From an uncultured Spirochaetota bacterium (GTDB lineage: Bacteria > Spirochaetota > Spirochaetia > SZUA-6 > Fen-1364): a stretch of DNA of 64,000 nt. Positions 32,664-42,174 of the stretch are shown here, piece after piece; the first letter of the stretch is position 1; every line of letters starts with the position of its first letter. The stretch is taken from NCBI GenBank assembly GCA_963845535.1, contig CAWJSK010000013.1:1-64000 (forward strand), read 5' to 3'. The position numbers and the translations under genes were made by a program. The notes beneath the pieces are model-generated. The model worked only from the letters and a program-made list of their open reading frames with translations. It did no database searches and had not been told where the DNA came from.

Positions 32664-32837
32664 CTATTTCTCTCTGGTCACGCCTTTGTAGGGCTTTCCG
32701 TCATCCTTCTGCGAGATGAACCGACCGTCTGACCGGTCTCTCTTGATCCAACGGTCGATCTTGTCGTTCTTGACTTGAGAACGATCTCTGACCGCTCCGT
32801 TCCTGTGATTGTCGCCCTCGGGAGGATTAGTTGCCAT
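32664..32837 (-). CDS. small basic protein (57 aa)
   Basis: AAGGAG RBS; MATNPPEGDNHRNGAVRDRSQV...WIKRDRSDGRF...KPYKGVTREK. Confidence 0.75.
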   Translation of the reverse strand: MATNPPEGDNHRNGAVRDRSQVKNDKIDRWIKRDRSDGRFISQKDDGKPYKGVTREK

Positions 32838-32850
32838 GGTAATCTCCTTG

Positions 32851-32886
32851 GTTGACAAGATACAGAATCTATGTATATTTGTCAAC
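32851..32886. promoter_or_regulatory. palindromic overlapping divergent promoters/operator
   Basis: GTTGACAAGATACA...TGTATATTTGTCAAC; TTGACA-16-TATATT rightward and TTGACA-17-TATCTT leftward. Confidence 0.75.
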
Positions 32887-32898
32887 AAGGGGGCCGAG

Positions 32899-33960
32899 AT
32901 GAGCTTCGGTGAGAGGCTGCGGGCTGCTCGCGCCATGGCGGGCTTGTCCCAGGAGGAGCTGTCTGCACGCATGGGCGGCAAGGTGACCAAACAGGCCATC
33001 AGCAAGTACGAAAAGGGCTTGATGATGCCGGAGGCGAGCACCACACTAATCGCTCTGTCGGATGCGTTGGCGGTCTCCGTCGACTATTTCTTTCGGACTG
33101 TGTCACGGGAACCTCTGGAGTTGTACTACCGGAAACGTGCCAGCGTAGGCGCAAAGGCCAAGAACGCTCTCATAGAAAAGGTGCGCGACAGGTTGGAGCG
33201 GTACCAAGAGCTCGAGGAGTTGCTGGGAGCTCATTCGAAGTTCGAGATCCCCGGCGGCAATCTCGATCTTAGCACCGCCGGCGGCGCGCAGGCCTCGGCC
33301 AGGGCCGTCCGCCAGAGCTGGGGCGTCGGCTCAGAGCAGCCAGTTTCCAGCGTGACTCGACTTTGCGAGGACAAGGGTCTTCGACTTGTCGGGCTGGAAC
33401 GAATACCTGGATTCGACGGAATGGCAGGCTATTACGCGCGCAGTCCTTTCGTGGCTATCGCCTCGGACCTGCCGAATGACAGGATCCGCTTCACGTTGCT
33501 GCACGAGCTTGCGCATATCCTGGGCTGGCGTAGGGATCAAGCACGGCCTGGGGATGAGAAGGCCTGTCATGCTTTCGCTTCGGAGTTCCTTCTTCCCGAA
33601 GAGGTCCTGCGCAGGGAACTTTCGGAGCGCGTTCGCCATTCGATAGCAATCCCGGAACTGTTGCAACTCAAGGAGAAGTTCGGGATTTCCATGCAGGCTA
33701 TTCTTTTCCGGGCGAATACGGCCGGCATACTGACGGATAGCGGGTATCGTGCCATTCTGCGTGAATTCGGTACGCGAGGGTGGCGCAAGAACGAGCCCGG
33801 GTCGGTACCTGCCGTTGAGAAGCCCCTGCGATTTGAGCGCTTGTTGTTCAGGGCGATCGCCGAAGATGCGATAAGCATGAGCAAAGCAGCCTCGCTCTCT
33901 CTTGTCTCCCTCAATGAGCTGAGGCGGCGTCTGAGGGGAGACGATGCTGCTCGCGATTAG
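32899..33960 (+). CDS. XRE HTH fused to ImmA/IrrE (M78) metallopeptidase
   Basis: FGERLRAAR...LSQEEL...ISKYEKG; RFTLLHELAH; EKACHAFASEFLLP. Confidence 0.92.
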   Translation: MSFGERLRAARAMAGLSQEELSARMGGKVTKQAISKYEKGLMMPEASTTLIALSDALAVSVDYFFRTVSREPLELYYRKRASVGAKAKNALIEKVRDRLERYQELEELLGAHSKFEIPGGNLDLSTAGGAQASARAVRQSWGVGSEQPVSSVTRLCEDKGLRLVGLERIPGFDGMAGYYARSPFVAIASDLPNDRIRFTLLHELAHILGWRRDQARPGDEKACHAFASEFLLPEEVLRRELSERVRHSIAIPELLQLKEKFGISMQAILFRANTAGILTDSGYRAILREFGTRGWRKNEPGSVPAVEKPLRFERLLFRAIAEDAISMSKAASLSLVSLNELRRRLRGDDAARD

Positions 33961-34441
33961 CGACGCAAGCGTCCTCGTAGACATGGCAGATAGCAACCTC
34001 CTGGGGCCTCTCACCAAGCTACCCTACCGGTTCGTGGTGCCGGACTTTGTTGCCAGGGAGATTACCAGAAATGAGCAAAGAGCGATCGTCGACAGGCTGG
34101 TGGGTACAAAGAAGCTTTCAGTCCTCAAAGCTTCGGGTGATGACCTTCGGCTTATCGAGGCGTTGCTCCAAGACCACCCGGCGCTCTCATTTGCAGATTG
34201 CTCGGTTGTAATTCTTGCAGAGCGCCATAGGGCGTTGATACTCACCAATGATTCTCGGATGCGGAGGATCTCCGAGCGCCCGCGCCTGACCTGCCACGGC
34301 ACGTTATGGATTATCGGGCAGCTCGTGCAGGAAAAAGTCATTACGGCTGAGCGCGCACGACGCGCTCTCCTTTTGTTGATCGAGGCAAACGCACGATTGC
34401 CGAAAGCTGAGTTCGACCGTCTCCTTCGGGGGCTCGAGTGA
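33944..34441 (+). CDS. PIN-domain protein
   Basis: ISDASVLVD, VAREI, LSFADCS, LTND, HGTLW; overlaps the peptidase gene. Confidence 0.85.
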   Translation: MLLAISDASVLVDMADSNLLGPLTKLPYRFVVPDFVAREITRNEQRAIVDRLVGTKKLSVLKASGDDLRLIEALLQDHPALSFADCSVVILAERHRALILTNDSRMRRISERPRLTCHGTLWIIGQLVQEKVITAERARRALLLLIEANARLPKAEFDRLLRGLE

Positions 34442-34466
34442 CGATTCAAGCTGAGAGTGCAGAATT

Positions 34467-34623
34467 GCGTGAGCGGGCGGAGGGGCGCGAAGCGGTCCGA
34501 GCGCTTCCACGGTACTCCGTGGAGTTGCGAGGACGGAACCCCCGCAGCAGACAACCCGCCCGAAGTCGTATGGGGCCGCGCTTTTGATGGCGCGGCCCGC
34601 GCGCCCTCGGGCGGGGCACGCCC
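34467..34623 (+). repeat. dispersed structured repeat, copy B (diverged)
   Basis: GCGTGAGCGGGCGGAGGGG...CCCCCGCAGC...GCGGGGCACGCCC. Confidence 0.7.
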
Positions 34624-34801
34624 AGGTCCGTTTCCGCGGAAACGCCGCAAATATAGAAAGAAGAGCCCCACATTCTAGATTCCCTGGGAACCGGCCAAAC
34701 AAGGCAGGGCCAGACCAGGTTCGGACCTTCATGACTGCACGCGCTGGCTGTCCGCAACGGCGGGAGATTGACGAGTAATCTAAAAAAGGTTACCCGCGGT
34801 C

Positions 34802-35059
34802 ATGTATAAAGTTCTGCTGACCAAGAAATGCTTGGGCGAATGGAGCGCTTGCCCGTGGGCATACAGCAGAAGCTTGGTGTATTGGGACCTGCGGGACAAT
34901 GGTCCCCTTCAGCCCCTGTGGCCCAATTTCAGTAGATTGAGTCATAACAAGTACCACTGCCATCTTTCGCACAAATGGGTGGCATGCTGGCAACACGAGG
35001 AGGGCTCTCTACGGATAGAGGTGTACTATGCTGGCAGTCGTGAAAACGGCTCATATTAA
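34802..35059 (+). pseudogene. RelE/HigB-like toxin, degenerate
   Basis: GPLQPLWPNFSRL...YHCHL...WVACW...IEVYYAGSREN; the N-terminal segment reads better in a shifted frame (RMERLPVGIQQKL). Confidence 0.6.
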
Positions 35060-35396
35060 GATTCACATCAAGGGGAATATCCCGAGCCGAATCGTCGTCG
35101 CTCTCAAGAAGGAGTAGGGCAACAAGGTCCAGTTGACCACAGAAGACGGTGACCAGTTGGTCGATGTGTTCGAGACCAGCTGGTACAAGCGTGTACGGAA
35201 GACCCTTACGCCAGGCAGGAATCTGAAGATCTATCGGCAAAACATGGCACTGACTCAGGAGCAGTTGGGAGCGAAGCTTGGCGGTCTGCGGAAGCAGTTC
35301 GTATCGAACATGGAGAGTGGGATTCGTCCAATCAGCAAGAGGACTGCCATCAAGCTGGGAAAGCTCTTCAAGGTCTCCGTAGCCAGGTTCATATAA
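35028..35396 (+). pseudogene. XRE-HTH (HigA-like) antitoxin with in-frame TAG at 35115
   Basis: MLAVVKTAHIKIHIKG...KKE*G...TPGRNLKIYRQNMALTQEQLG...SNMESGIRPI. Confidence 0.7.
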
Positions 35397-35453
35397 GCTC
35401 CTCATCCGATCACCCCAAGCACGGCGGCCATTCTCGCCGTACTTCCTGGTGTT

Positions 35454-35600
35454 GTGCATGACTCTCTTGATGAATGCCTGCAGGAAGACGTCCTTCTGCC
35501 CAAGTTTCTGTCGGTCAGGGACAACCATTCCGGCTATATTGCGCCTCACAGCTTCGCAACGTTATCCATCCGTACACGGGACGCCGGCATCTCAGGAACC
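35454..35600 (+). pseudogene. internally deleted miniature of the 39.4-kb tyrosine recombinase locus
   Basis: FLSVRD segment, then HSFATLSIR, then ACGGGACGCCGGCATCYCAGGAACC, collinear with 39450-39515, 40138-40164 and 40330-40354. Confidence 0.7.
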
Positions 35601-35676
35601 GGGCGGCTGAGAAGGAAGGGACATTGGCTGAGGAGTCAAGAGATGAGAGTCCTGATGGCAGGCCATACGCTGCGAC

Positions 35677-35712
35677 GCTTGCGGGCACAAGCAGCAAGAC
35701 GGCGAAGCTGTA
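35677..35712 (+). repeat. 36-bp repeat, copy 1
   Basis: GCTTGCGGGCACAAGCAGCAWGACGGCGAAGCTGTA, 35/36 identical to 45337-45372. Confidence 0.8.
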
Positions 35713-35767
35713 GTATTCCAGCATCTGAATCCGTTCTTGACGGAAGCTCGGAGGAGCGATTAGCCTT

Positions 35768-35971
35768 ATGGTGATGGAATACAGGGTGGTCTTGGTCCAA
35801 TCCGAAGAAGGTTTCGCGGTAAGCTGCCCGGCGCTTCGTGGCTGTCACTCGCAAGGCTCTACGATGGATGAGGCGCTGGAAAACATCAAATTGGCAATCC
35901 GGGAGTGGCTGGATGCCGAATCGGAAGAGAAATCGAAACTCTCCGTGATAGAACGGATCGTCACCGTATAA
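35768..35971 (+). CDS. hicB: HicB family antitoxin
   Basis: GFAVSCPALRGCHSQGSTMDEALENIKLAI. Confidence 0.88.
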   Translation: MVMEYRVVLVQSEEGFAVSCPALRGCHSQGSTMDEALENIKLAIREWLDAESEEKSKLSVIERIVTV

Positions 35972-35975
35972 CCCC

Positions 35976-36191
35976 ATGCCGAAGATTCCCGGCATCAGCG
36001 CGGATCAGGCAATCCGTGCCTTCATGAAAGCCGGCTTCGTGATATTGCGCCAGGGCAGCCATATCGTGATGTCAAACGGACATGTGCGTCTGACCATTCC
36101 CCGTCACAACCCGATCAACGCCTACACCATGGGCGCTATCGCGGAGGATGCCGGGCTCAGCCCCGAATCGTTCAAAAGTCTACTTCGCTGA
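35976..36191 (+). CDS. hicA: HicA mRNA interferase toxin
   Basis: KAGFVILRQGSHIVM...LTIPRH...DAGLS. Confidence 0.9.
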   Translation: MPKIPGISADQAIRAFMKAGFVILRQGSHIVMSNGHVRLTIPRHNPINAYTMGAIAEDAGLSPESFKSLLR

Positions 36192-36271
36192 AGGACTTTC
36201 TGCTCAAAACGTCAGATCTCAATGTCGTATTCGGGCCGCTTTGGAACAAAGGCAGTCGGAGCCCTATTTCT

Positions 36272-36508
36272 CGCTGCTCACTGCCGCGTGAGCGCGCGGA
36301 GGGGCCGCGGCGCAGCCCTGAGGCGGTACGCGAGTACGCGTTCGGAACCCCCCGCAGCGCGCGACCCGCACGGCGTACCCGCCGAACGCGTACTCGCGTA
36401 CGCCCCCGGGAGAGGCCATGCGCGCACTCCGGAAGCGCTGCGGCGGCCTGTGGCCGCACGTTGGTGCGGGAGTACCCGCTCGGCGGGTACGCTGTGCGGG
36501 GCACGCCC
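36272..36508 (+). repeat. dispersed structured repeat, copy C, with GTAC-bounded internal inverted repeats
   Basis: CGCTGCTCAC..CCGCGTGAG...CGACCCGCACG...GTGCGGGGCACGCCC; 20-bp IR GTACGCGAGTACGCGTTCGG. Confidence 0.8.
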
Positions 36509-36990
36509 AACAGGAGCTTTCCGCTATGCGGAAAAGGCGGCGCGCCGGCACGGCCATCGCGGCCTTGTTCCTGTCTGGAAATCGACGCCGGAAGGGAAAA
36601 GATGCGGCACGGCTCCTGCACCTGGGCATTGTCATATGCGCGGGCCCGGCGGTGTCAAGTGCCCTTATACGATAGGGCGGGTTCGGGCTCCCATCCATGC
36701 TTCAATTCCGTACAGCAGTGTCTGCCGAATTTTTGGCGCCAACGCCTCACTATGCTTGCGACTCTCAGGATACTCGTCACCGATTTGTGCGCCGATTATC
36801 CCAGTTCGGCAAGGAAGCCGCTCGTCTCGTCGGTCTGCAATCGGGCGGTATGTTGTAGCCGTTTCCAATGGCGACAAGACATGCACAAGGCGGCAATCAG
36901 AGCCGAAGCGTCCAGACGTCCCATCTCGTCAGACTCTTCCACAGGGGGGTATTATGCAACCGAGCGTAGGAGGCCGGGCGCCGCGGTGCG

Positions 36991-38532
36991 TCACTCGTAG
37001 TGCTTGAGGCCCGACCAGTCGATCGGAACTTTGAGCCCTTTTACCACGACAATGGGCAGGTTGGTTTCATACGGCATTGCGTAAGGGCTGTCCTGCCAGG
37101 CTGCCACAGTCACTTCCCGAAATTCCTTGCGCAGCTCTTCCCGGTTGTCCGATAAGAGGATGACCACGCTGAGGTCATGACCCTTTGGTCCCCACAGGTA
37201 ATAGCTGTTGTGACCGCTGATTGCGGGCGGAAGGCCAAGGGGACGTCCAAAGATGTCGATTGCCGCGGCTTCTCCATAGTTGCGGCCAAAGAACACCGCT
37301 TTTGCCTGCTCCTCAGGAGGAAGAGCTTTGTAGACTGCGGCAACTTTTTCAGCCAATTGCTTCCAGCCGAACATGTCCGCGAAGTACTGCGGCAGCACGC
37401 CCAACGTCAGGTGCTCCGATGCGCTCGCTGACGGAGAGAGTTTCAGCGCTTTCGCGTACTGAATGAAAGTCGTGACAGGAAGAACGGGAACGGTAAGCGG
37501 CACCAGAAGCAGGGAGACCGCGGCCAGCACGGAGGTGTATGCAGCGCGCACTGCCGTGCTTCGTACTTTCCATTCAATCCAGACAGCGCCACCGGCGAAA
37601 AATAGCGGGTAGATGGAGGACATGTAGTAGTCCTTCCCGTGAAGGACCACGACAAGAGCGAGCATCGCGATGTACGCCACGGAAAACGCCCGATAGGCGG
37701 CAAACCGCGGTTTGATGCCAAAGCCCCACAGCCCGGCTAGCCAGACCGGGAGCGCCAGCGGTCCTGCCAGCAGCACTTCCCGCGCCAGGAGCGCAAGGGG
37801 AGAAAGGACGATGTTCTTCCCGCTTGCGCCGTGCATCGCCAGCTCGATGAAAGGCCAGCCGTGCTGGTACTGCCACAGGAGGTTTGGCGACATGATGGCA
37901 AGGGCCACCAGCACGCCCACCCAGATCCAGGGCCGCAGGAATGAACGACGGAGCGGGGTTGCAAGGATGCCGATGAGAATCGTGGCAACGTACAGGCCGA
38001 TCAGGTACTTGCTAAGAAAACTGATTCCGACAATGGCGCCGAAGGCAAGCCACCACTTCTCGTTCTTTGTCCGCACCAGTCTGATGATGCACCAGGAGCA
38101 GCCCAGCCAGGTGAGCGGCTGCAGCACATCGGTGGTGAAAAGCGTGCCATCTGCCAGCAGAGTGCTGCATCCGAACGCGGAGAGGCCTGCCAGGGACTGC
38201 GCAAACCGGCCGCCTCCAAGGGTCCGGGCAAACTCCGCCGTAAGGGCAACTGTCACGGCCATCACGACCGCCGGGAACAACGTGAACACGAAGTTCGATC
38301 CGCCGGAAATGTCCCACATGAATCGGGCCAGCAAGGGGACAAGAGGGGGCTGGTCAACGTATCCCCACGCCGGCCTCTGGCCGCACACGATGAAGTACAG
38401 CGCGTCCCGGAAGAACCCATAGCGGCCGCCTGCCGCAAGGTGGATGGCCAGGGTTGCCAGCCCCAGGACGATGGAAGGGCGGAGGAGCGACCTCCACGAG
38501 AAACCGTGGTATTCAAGCTCTTGCGTACCCAT
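36991..38532 (-). CDS. GT39/ArnT-like (PMT_2) membrane glycosyltransferase
   Basis: YGFFRDALYF, AWGYVDQPPL, multiple TM segments, NYGEAAAI, SGHNSY. Confidence 0.88.
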   Translation of the reverse strand: MGTQELEYHGFSWRSLLRPSIVLGLATLAIHLAAGGRYGFFRDALYFIVCGQRPAWGYVDQPPLVPLLARFMWDISGGSNFVFTLFPAVVMAVTVALTAEFARTLGGGRFAQSLAGLSAFGCSTLLADGTLFTTDVLQPLTWLGCSWCIIRLVRTKNEKWWLAFGAIVGISFLSKYLIGLYVATILIGILATPLRRSFLRPWIWVGVLVALAIMSPNLLWQYQHGWPFIELAMHGASGKNIVLSPLALLAREVLLAGPLALPVWLAGLWGFGIKPRFAAYRAFSVAYIAMLALVVVLHGKDYYMSSIYPLFFAGGAVWIEWKVRSTAVRAAYTSVLAAVSLLLVPLTVPVLPVTTFIQYAKALKLSPSASASEHLTLGVLPQYFADMFGWKQLAEKVAAVYKALPPEEQAKAVFFGRNYGEAAAIDIFGRPLGLPPAISGHNSYYLWGPKGHDLSVVILLSDNREELRKEFREVTVAAWQDSPYAMPYETNLPIVVVKGLKVPIDWSGLKHYE

Positions 38533-38668
38533 AATCAAGGTTGAACACCAAAAGGCGGCAAATCAGTCCCGCATGCGGAACGCCCAGCTCGTATTCCCCC
38601 TTGAGGGAGGACCGGCCTTGTCTCCCTGTTGAGCGGTGTATACTATGTATAAACATGAGGTTGTGGCA

Positions 38669-38911
38669 GTGAAGGCGAAGGTCCAGAAGTGGGGGAATAG
38701 TCTGGGTATCCGTATTCCGCGGGCCCTCGCCGTGGAGGTGGGGGTGGATTCCGAGTCGATCGTTGATATCTCCATCAATGATGGAGATATCATCATCACA
38801 CCGGGCAAGCAGAGACCCCCGTCTCTCCGCAGGTTGCTCGCAAAGGTGACCGCAGAGAACCTCCATGAGGAAATCTTGACGGGTGATGCGGCCGGGAGAG
38901 AGCTCTGGTGA
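38669..38911 (+). CDS. mazE: MazE/AbrB antitoxin
   Basis: KVQKWGNSLGIRIP...GRELW; TGTATACTATGTATAAACA operator-like sequence upstream. Confidence 0.9.
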   Translation: MKAKVQKWGNSLGIRIPRALAVEVGVDSESIVDISINDGDIIITPGKQRPPSLRRLLAKVTAENLHEEILTGDAAGRELW

Positions 38912-39249
38912 GGCCCGTGGGATTCGTCCCTTCGCGCGGCGACGTTGTTTGGCTGCAATTCGCTCCACAGGTCGGTCATGAGCAGTCCGGACGCCGGCCG
39001 GCGGTCATCGTTTCCCCTTCGACCTACAATCGCGTGGTCGGTTTGTGCCTCTGTTGTCCTGTCACGAGCCATGTCAAGGGATACCCCTTCGAGGTGGAGT
39101 TGCCCGCCGGTTTGGAGGTCTCCGGTGCAGTTCTTTGTGACCAACTCAAGAGTCTGGACTGGAGCGCTCGAGGCGCCACGCTGATAGGAAAGCTGCCTGC
39201 CAGCTCGGTGAGGCTAATGCAGGCCAGGATAATCGCGCTCATTCAGTGA
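38908..39249 (+). CDS. mazF: MazF endoribonuclease toxin
   Basis: PSRGDVVWL, GHEQSGRRPA, KGYPFEV, DQLKSLDW. Confidence 0.93.
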   Translation: MRPVGFVPSRGDVVWLQFAPQVGHEQSGRRPAVIVSPSTYNRVVGLCLCCPVTSHVKGYPFEVELPAGLEVSGAVLCDQLKSLDWSARGATLIGKLPASSVRLMQARIIALIQ

Positions 39250-39425
39250 GAGCCAGGCGTCGAGTTGGAGAGACAGCGGGCAAAGTGACCAGCGAAACGT
39301 AGGCGCCGCCGCCTGCGCACGTCCAGATCCGTGACAGGCAGCGTTTTTCTGGCGGACATCTACCAGATTTCACCGATGCAATTCAGGCATCAATTCCCCT
39401 CGTATCTCATAGATGGAGGTCACGC

Positions 39426-40305
39426 CTGCGCTCGCTGAGTGATCCAGCACCGGAGGAAGTTTTTCTCTCCCGGTTTCTGTCGGTCAGAGACAGCTACGCC
39501 AGCCATATTTCGCCCTTCGTGAGCTACCTCCGGAGCAACCACATGAGCCTGAACCTGGATGCGGTCCGGGCATACTTCAAACATCTCAACACTCTCCCTC
39601 TGGCTGCCAGGACAAAGTGCACGCGCCGCCAGGCTGTGAAGGCGCGGCTTCGGGCAACGCTCAGCAGCACGGACTTCAACCGGCAGGCAAGGCTGGAAAT
39701 GACGCTTCGCTCCCTGGACCACGACAGTGAAACCAAGGCTCCAGGATTCGTCATGTCAGGCGTTGCGGAAGAACGTATTGTCACACGGGAGCAATTTGAC
39801 CGCCTGGTGTCCGGCACCTCGAAACGGACCGCGTTGTTCCTGTGGTTTCTTTATAACACTGGCTGCCGAGTGGCGGAAATGTGCGGCGCCCGGTTGGACA
39901 AGTGTGAAGACCTTGGGGATATGGTCAGGCTGACGATTATCGGGAAAGGAAACAAGGAGCGGAAGGTCGATATCGAGAAGTCTCTCTTCGACGCTATTCG
40001 TGCAGTCTTCCCTTCAGATGAGTATCTCTTTCAGACCAAAGGCGGGAAGCCCTATCGCACAACCTACGTGAGCTACGAAATCATTAAAGCCGGCAAGCGG
40101 ATTCTCGGGCGCCGGATCTCGGCTCGATTGTATGAGGCATAGCTTCGCGACGTTATCCATCCGTGAGGGTGCATCAATCAAGGCAGTCTCGAAATACCTC
40201 GGGCACAGCTCCACCGCAATCACCATGGATATGTACGTGCACGAAAAGCTTGAGAAAACACAAAAAGTTCGAAGGCCGTTCGCCCCTGACGGGCCTGCGG
40301 AATAG
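39426..40305 (+). CDS. tyrosine recombinase/integrase, +1 frameshift at ~40126
   Basis: TGCRVAE, GKGNKER; removing one G restores SAHCMRHSFAT...LGHSS...MY; CTG start inferred from GGAGGT. Confidence 0.85.
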
Positions 40306-40364
40306 AGTTTTGCTGGGCACTGCTCCGATACGGGACGCCGGCATCCCAGGAACCACCCGCCTTA

Positions 40365-41651
40365 GAGTTCGCGAGAAAATAACTGGAACATGTTTGATGT
40401 GTGTGCTATATTCCGGGTGTGACACGACTCCAGATGATCCGCAGGAAGTATAGGACCCTGAAGGCGTCGCTCAACGAACGCGGCCGCCGGATTTGGGCTG
40501 TCACGGAAGCTCAATCGCTGGGATATGGAGGCGCCTCGCTGGTCGCTCGGGCCACTGGTATCTCGCGGAGTACGATTATCCGAGGGTCACAGGAGATCCG
40601 AGAGAAGACGAGCGCCGATAGGGGTCGTGTCCGGCGGACTGGTGGCGGGCGCAAGAAAGCCACCGCGATCGACGCGAAGTTGCGAGCTGCCTTGGAGCGA
40701 CTGGTGGACCCGGTGAGCCGGGGGATCCAGAGTCCGCACTAAGGTGGACATGCAAGAGCACGCGGCGCTTGGCCAGCGAATTGACGGCGCAGGGTCATGC
40801 AGGTAGTGAATGGCTGGTGCGACAGCTGCTCTATGAGTTGCACTACAGCCTCCAGGCAAACCGCAAGACCAAGGAGGGAGGCCGACATCCGGATCGGGAC
40901 GCACAGTTTCGGCACATCAACGCTGGGGTGAGCCGGCAGGTGGGACTCCGGCAACCGGCGATCTCGGTGGACGCGAAGAAAAAGGAATTGGTGGGGAACT
41001 TCAAGAACGGTGGGCGAGAGTGGCGTCCTCGGGGGAGTCCGCACCAGGTCAAAGTCCACGATTTCATCGACAAGACCAAGGGGAAGGTCATTCCCTACGG
41101 CGTGTATGATCTACGGCTGAATCGAGGCTGGGTGTCGGTGGGGATCGACCACGAGACGGCATCCTTCGCGGTGAACACAATCTTGCACTGGTGGAGGAAG
41201 ATGGGATCAAGGGAGTATCCGCGGGCCAGATCACTGTTGATCGTCGCCGACAGCGGTGGGAGCAACGGCAATCGAGTCCGGCTGTGGAAGTGGGAGCTCC
41301 AGCGGCTTGCCGATGTAACGGGCCTGATCGTTCGCGTCTGTCATCTGCCCCCGGGGACGAGCAAGTGGAACAAAATCGAACACCGACTGTTCTCGTTCAT
41401 CAGCCGCAATTGGCGGGGCCAGCCACTACTAACGCACGCGATGATCGTGGAACTGATTGCGAACACGCGAACCTCTACTGGCCTGAGTGTACGATGTATT
41501 CTGGATACCAAGCGCTATCCCAAGAAGATTCAGGTCAGCGACGAACAGCTCGCCGCCGTCCGTTTGAAACCCGATGATTTCCACGGGGAGTGGAACTACT
41601 CAATCCTGCCCCATCCCAAATGAGATGATGCAGTTATTTTCTCGCGAAGAC
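40365..41651 (+). mobile_element. ISAzo13-family insertion sequence
   Basis: Terminal IRs G(AG/TC)TTCGCGAGAAAATAACTG; TTA direct repeats at 40362-40364 and 41652-41654. Confidence 0.9.
40434..41623 (+). CDS. ISAzo13-family DDE transposase, frameshift in a G-run at ~40722
   Basis: LNERGRRIW, (RGDPES)ALRWTCKS, ISVDAKKKE, ADSGGSN, PPGTSKWNKIEHRLF, HGEWNY; start approximate. Confidence 0.88.
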
Positions 41652-41654
41652 TTA

Positions 41655-41704
41655 GGTATGCAGCCGTGATATCGGATGTGCCTCAGAAGGGTTGCCCTCT
41701 TCAC
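41655..41704 (-). pseudogene. hicA: HicA N-terminal remnant cut at the IS end
   Basis: GTGA overlap with the hicB stop; MKRATLLRHIRYHGCIP then the IS. Confidence 0.55.
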
Positions 41705-41931
41705 GAGAGGCTGACTACATCCTGAATGGCATCAGCCGGCAGGCCTCGTTCAGCATCCTCCCTGCGGTCTTGCAGAATGAGCGCGATTGCATCGGCAGGG
41801 TTTTTTTTACACTCCTCCAGGGTCTCACCCTGCCCGTTTGCACCAGGGATTTCAGGGCAGTAGCTGATGTACCACTTTCCGTCACGTTCGATTACCGCCG
41901 TGAACTCGTTGTGGAGAGTGTGCTTGGACAT
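41701..41931 (-). CDS. hicB: HicB family antitoxin
   Basis: EFTAVIERDGKWYISYCPEIPGANGQGETLEEC. Confidence 0.85.
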   Translation of the reverse strand: MSKHTLHNEFTAVIERDGKWYISYCPEIPGANGQGETLEECKKNPADAIALILQDRREDAERGLPADAIQDVVSLS

Positions 41932-42174
41932 GCAACTATCGTACCGCACGCATGTTTCCGGGACAAGAGGGATTGGCGCAAGTCGTCCATCATCGCGGCT
42001 TGATCTATGCAAACAAATGCCGCAGCTCGTCGAGTCCGGGCTGACACAGTACTGTCTCCGAGGAATCCGGGGCGATTCACGGGCTGGCAACAGGATGAAA
42101 GCCTGTCCCAGGTGGAGGCCTTCAAGACTGTATTACGAGGCGCTACGTGGATGGTTTTCTCTCTAGCTACTTTG

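Noticed and set aside
35115..35117. Stop-codon recoding (TAG readthrough)
   Set aside because: Isolated case in a decayed TA module; TAG terminates many intact genes in this window
36172..37007. ORFs of 144-261 aa over repeat C (likewise 7981-8633)
   Set aside because: Arg/Ala/Pro-rich translations of GC-rich repeat DNA
39426..40305. Integron integrase with the repeats as attC sites
   Set aside because: No IntI-specific insertion before the HxxR box, the repeats lack RYYYAAC/GTTRRRY ends, and the flanking genes are not uniformly oriented
40715..40730. Programmed frameshift in the IS transposase
   Set aside because: One G missing from a G-run in a family normally encoded as a single ORF; error or mutation is more likely
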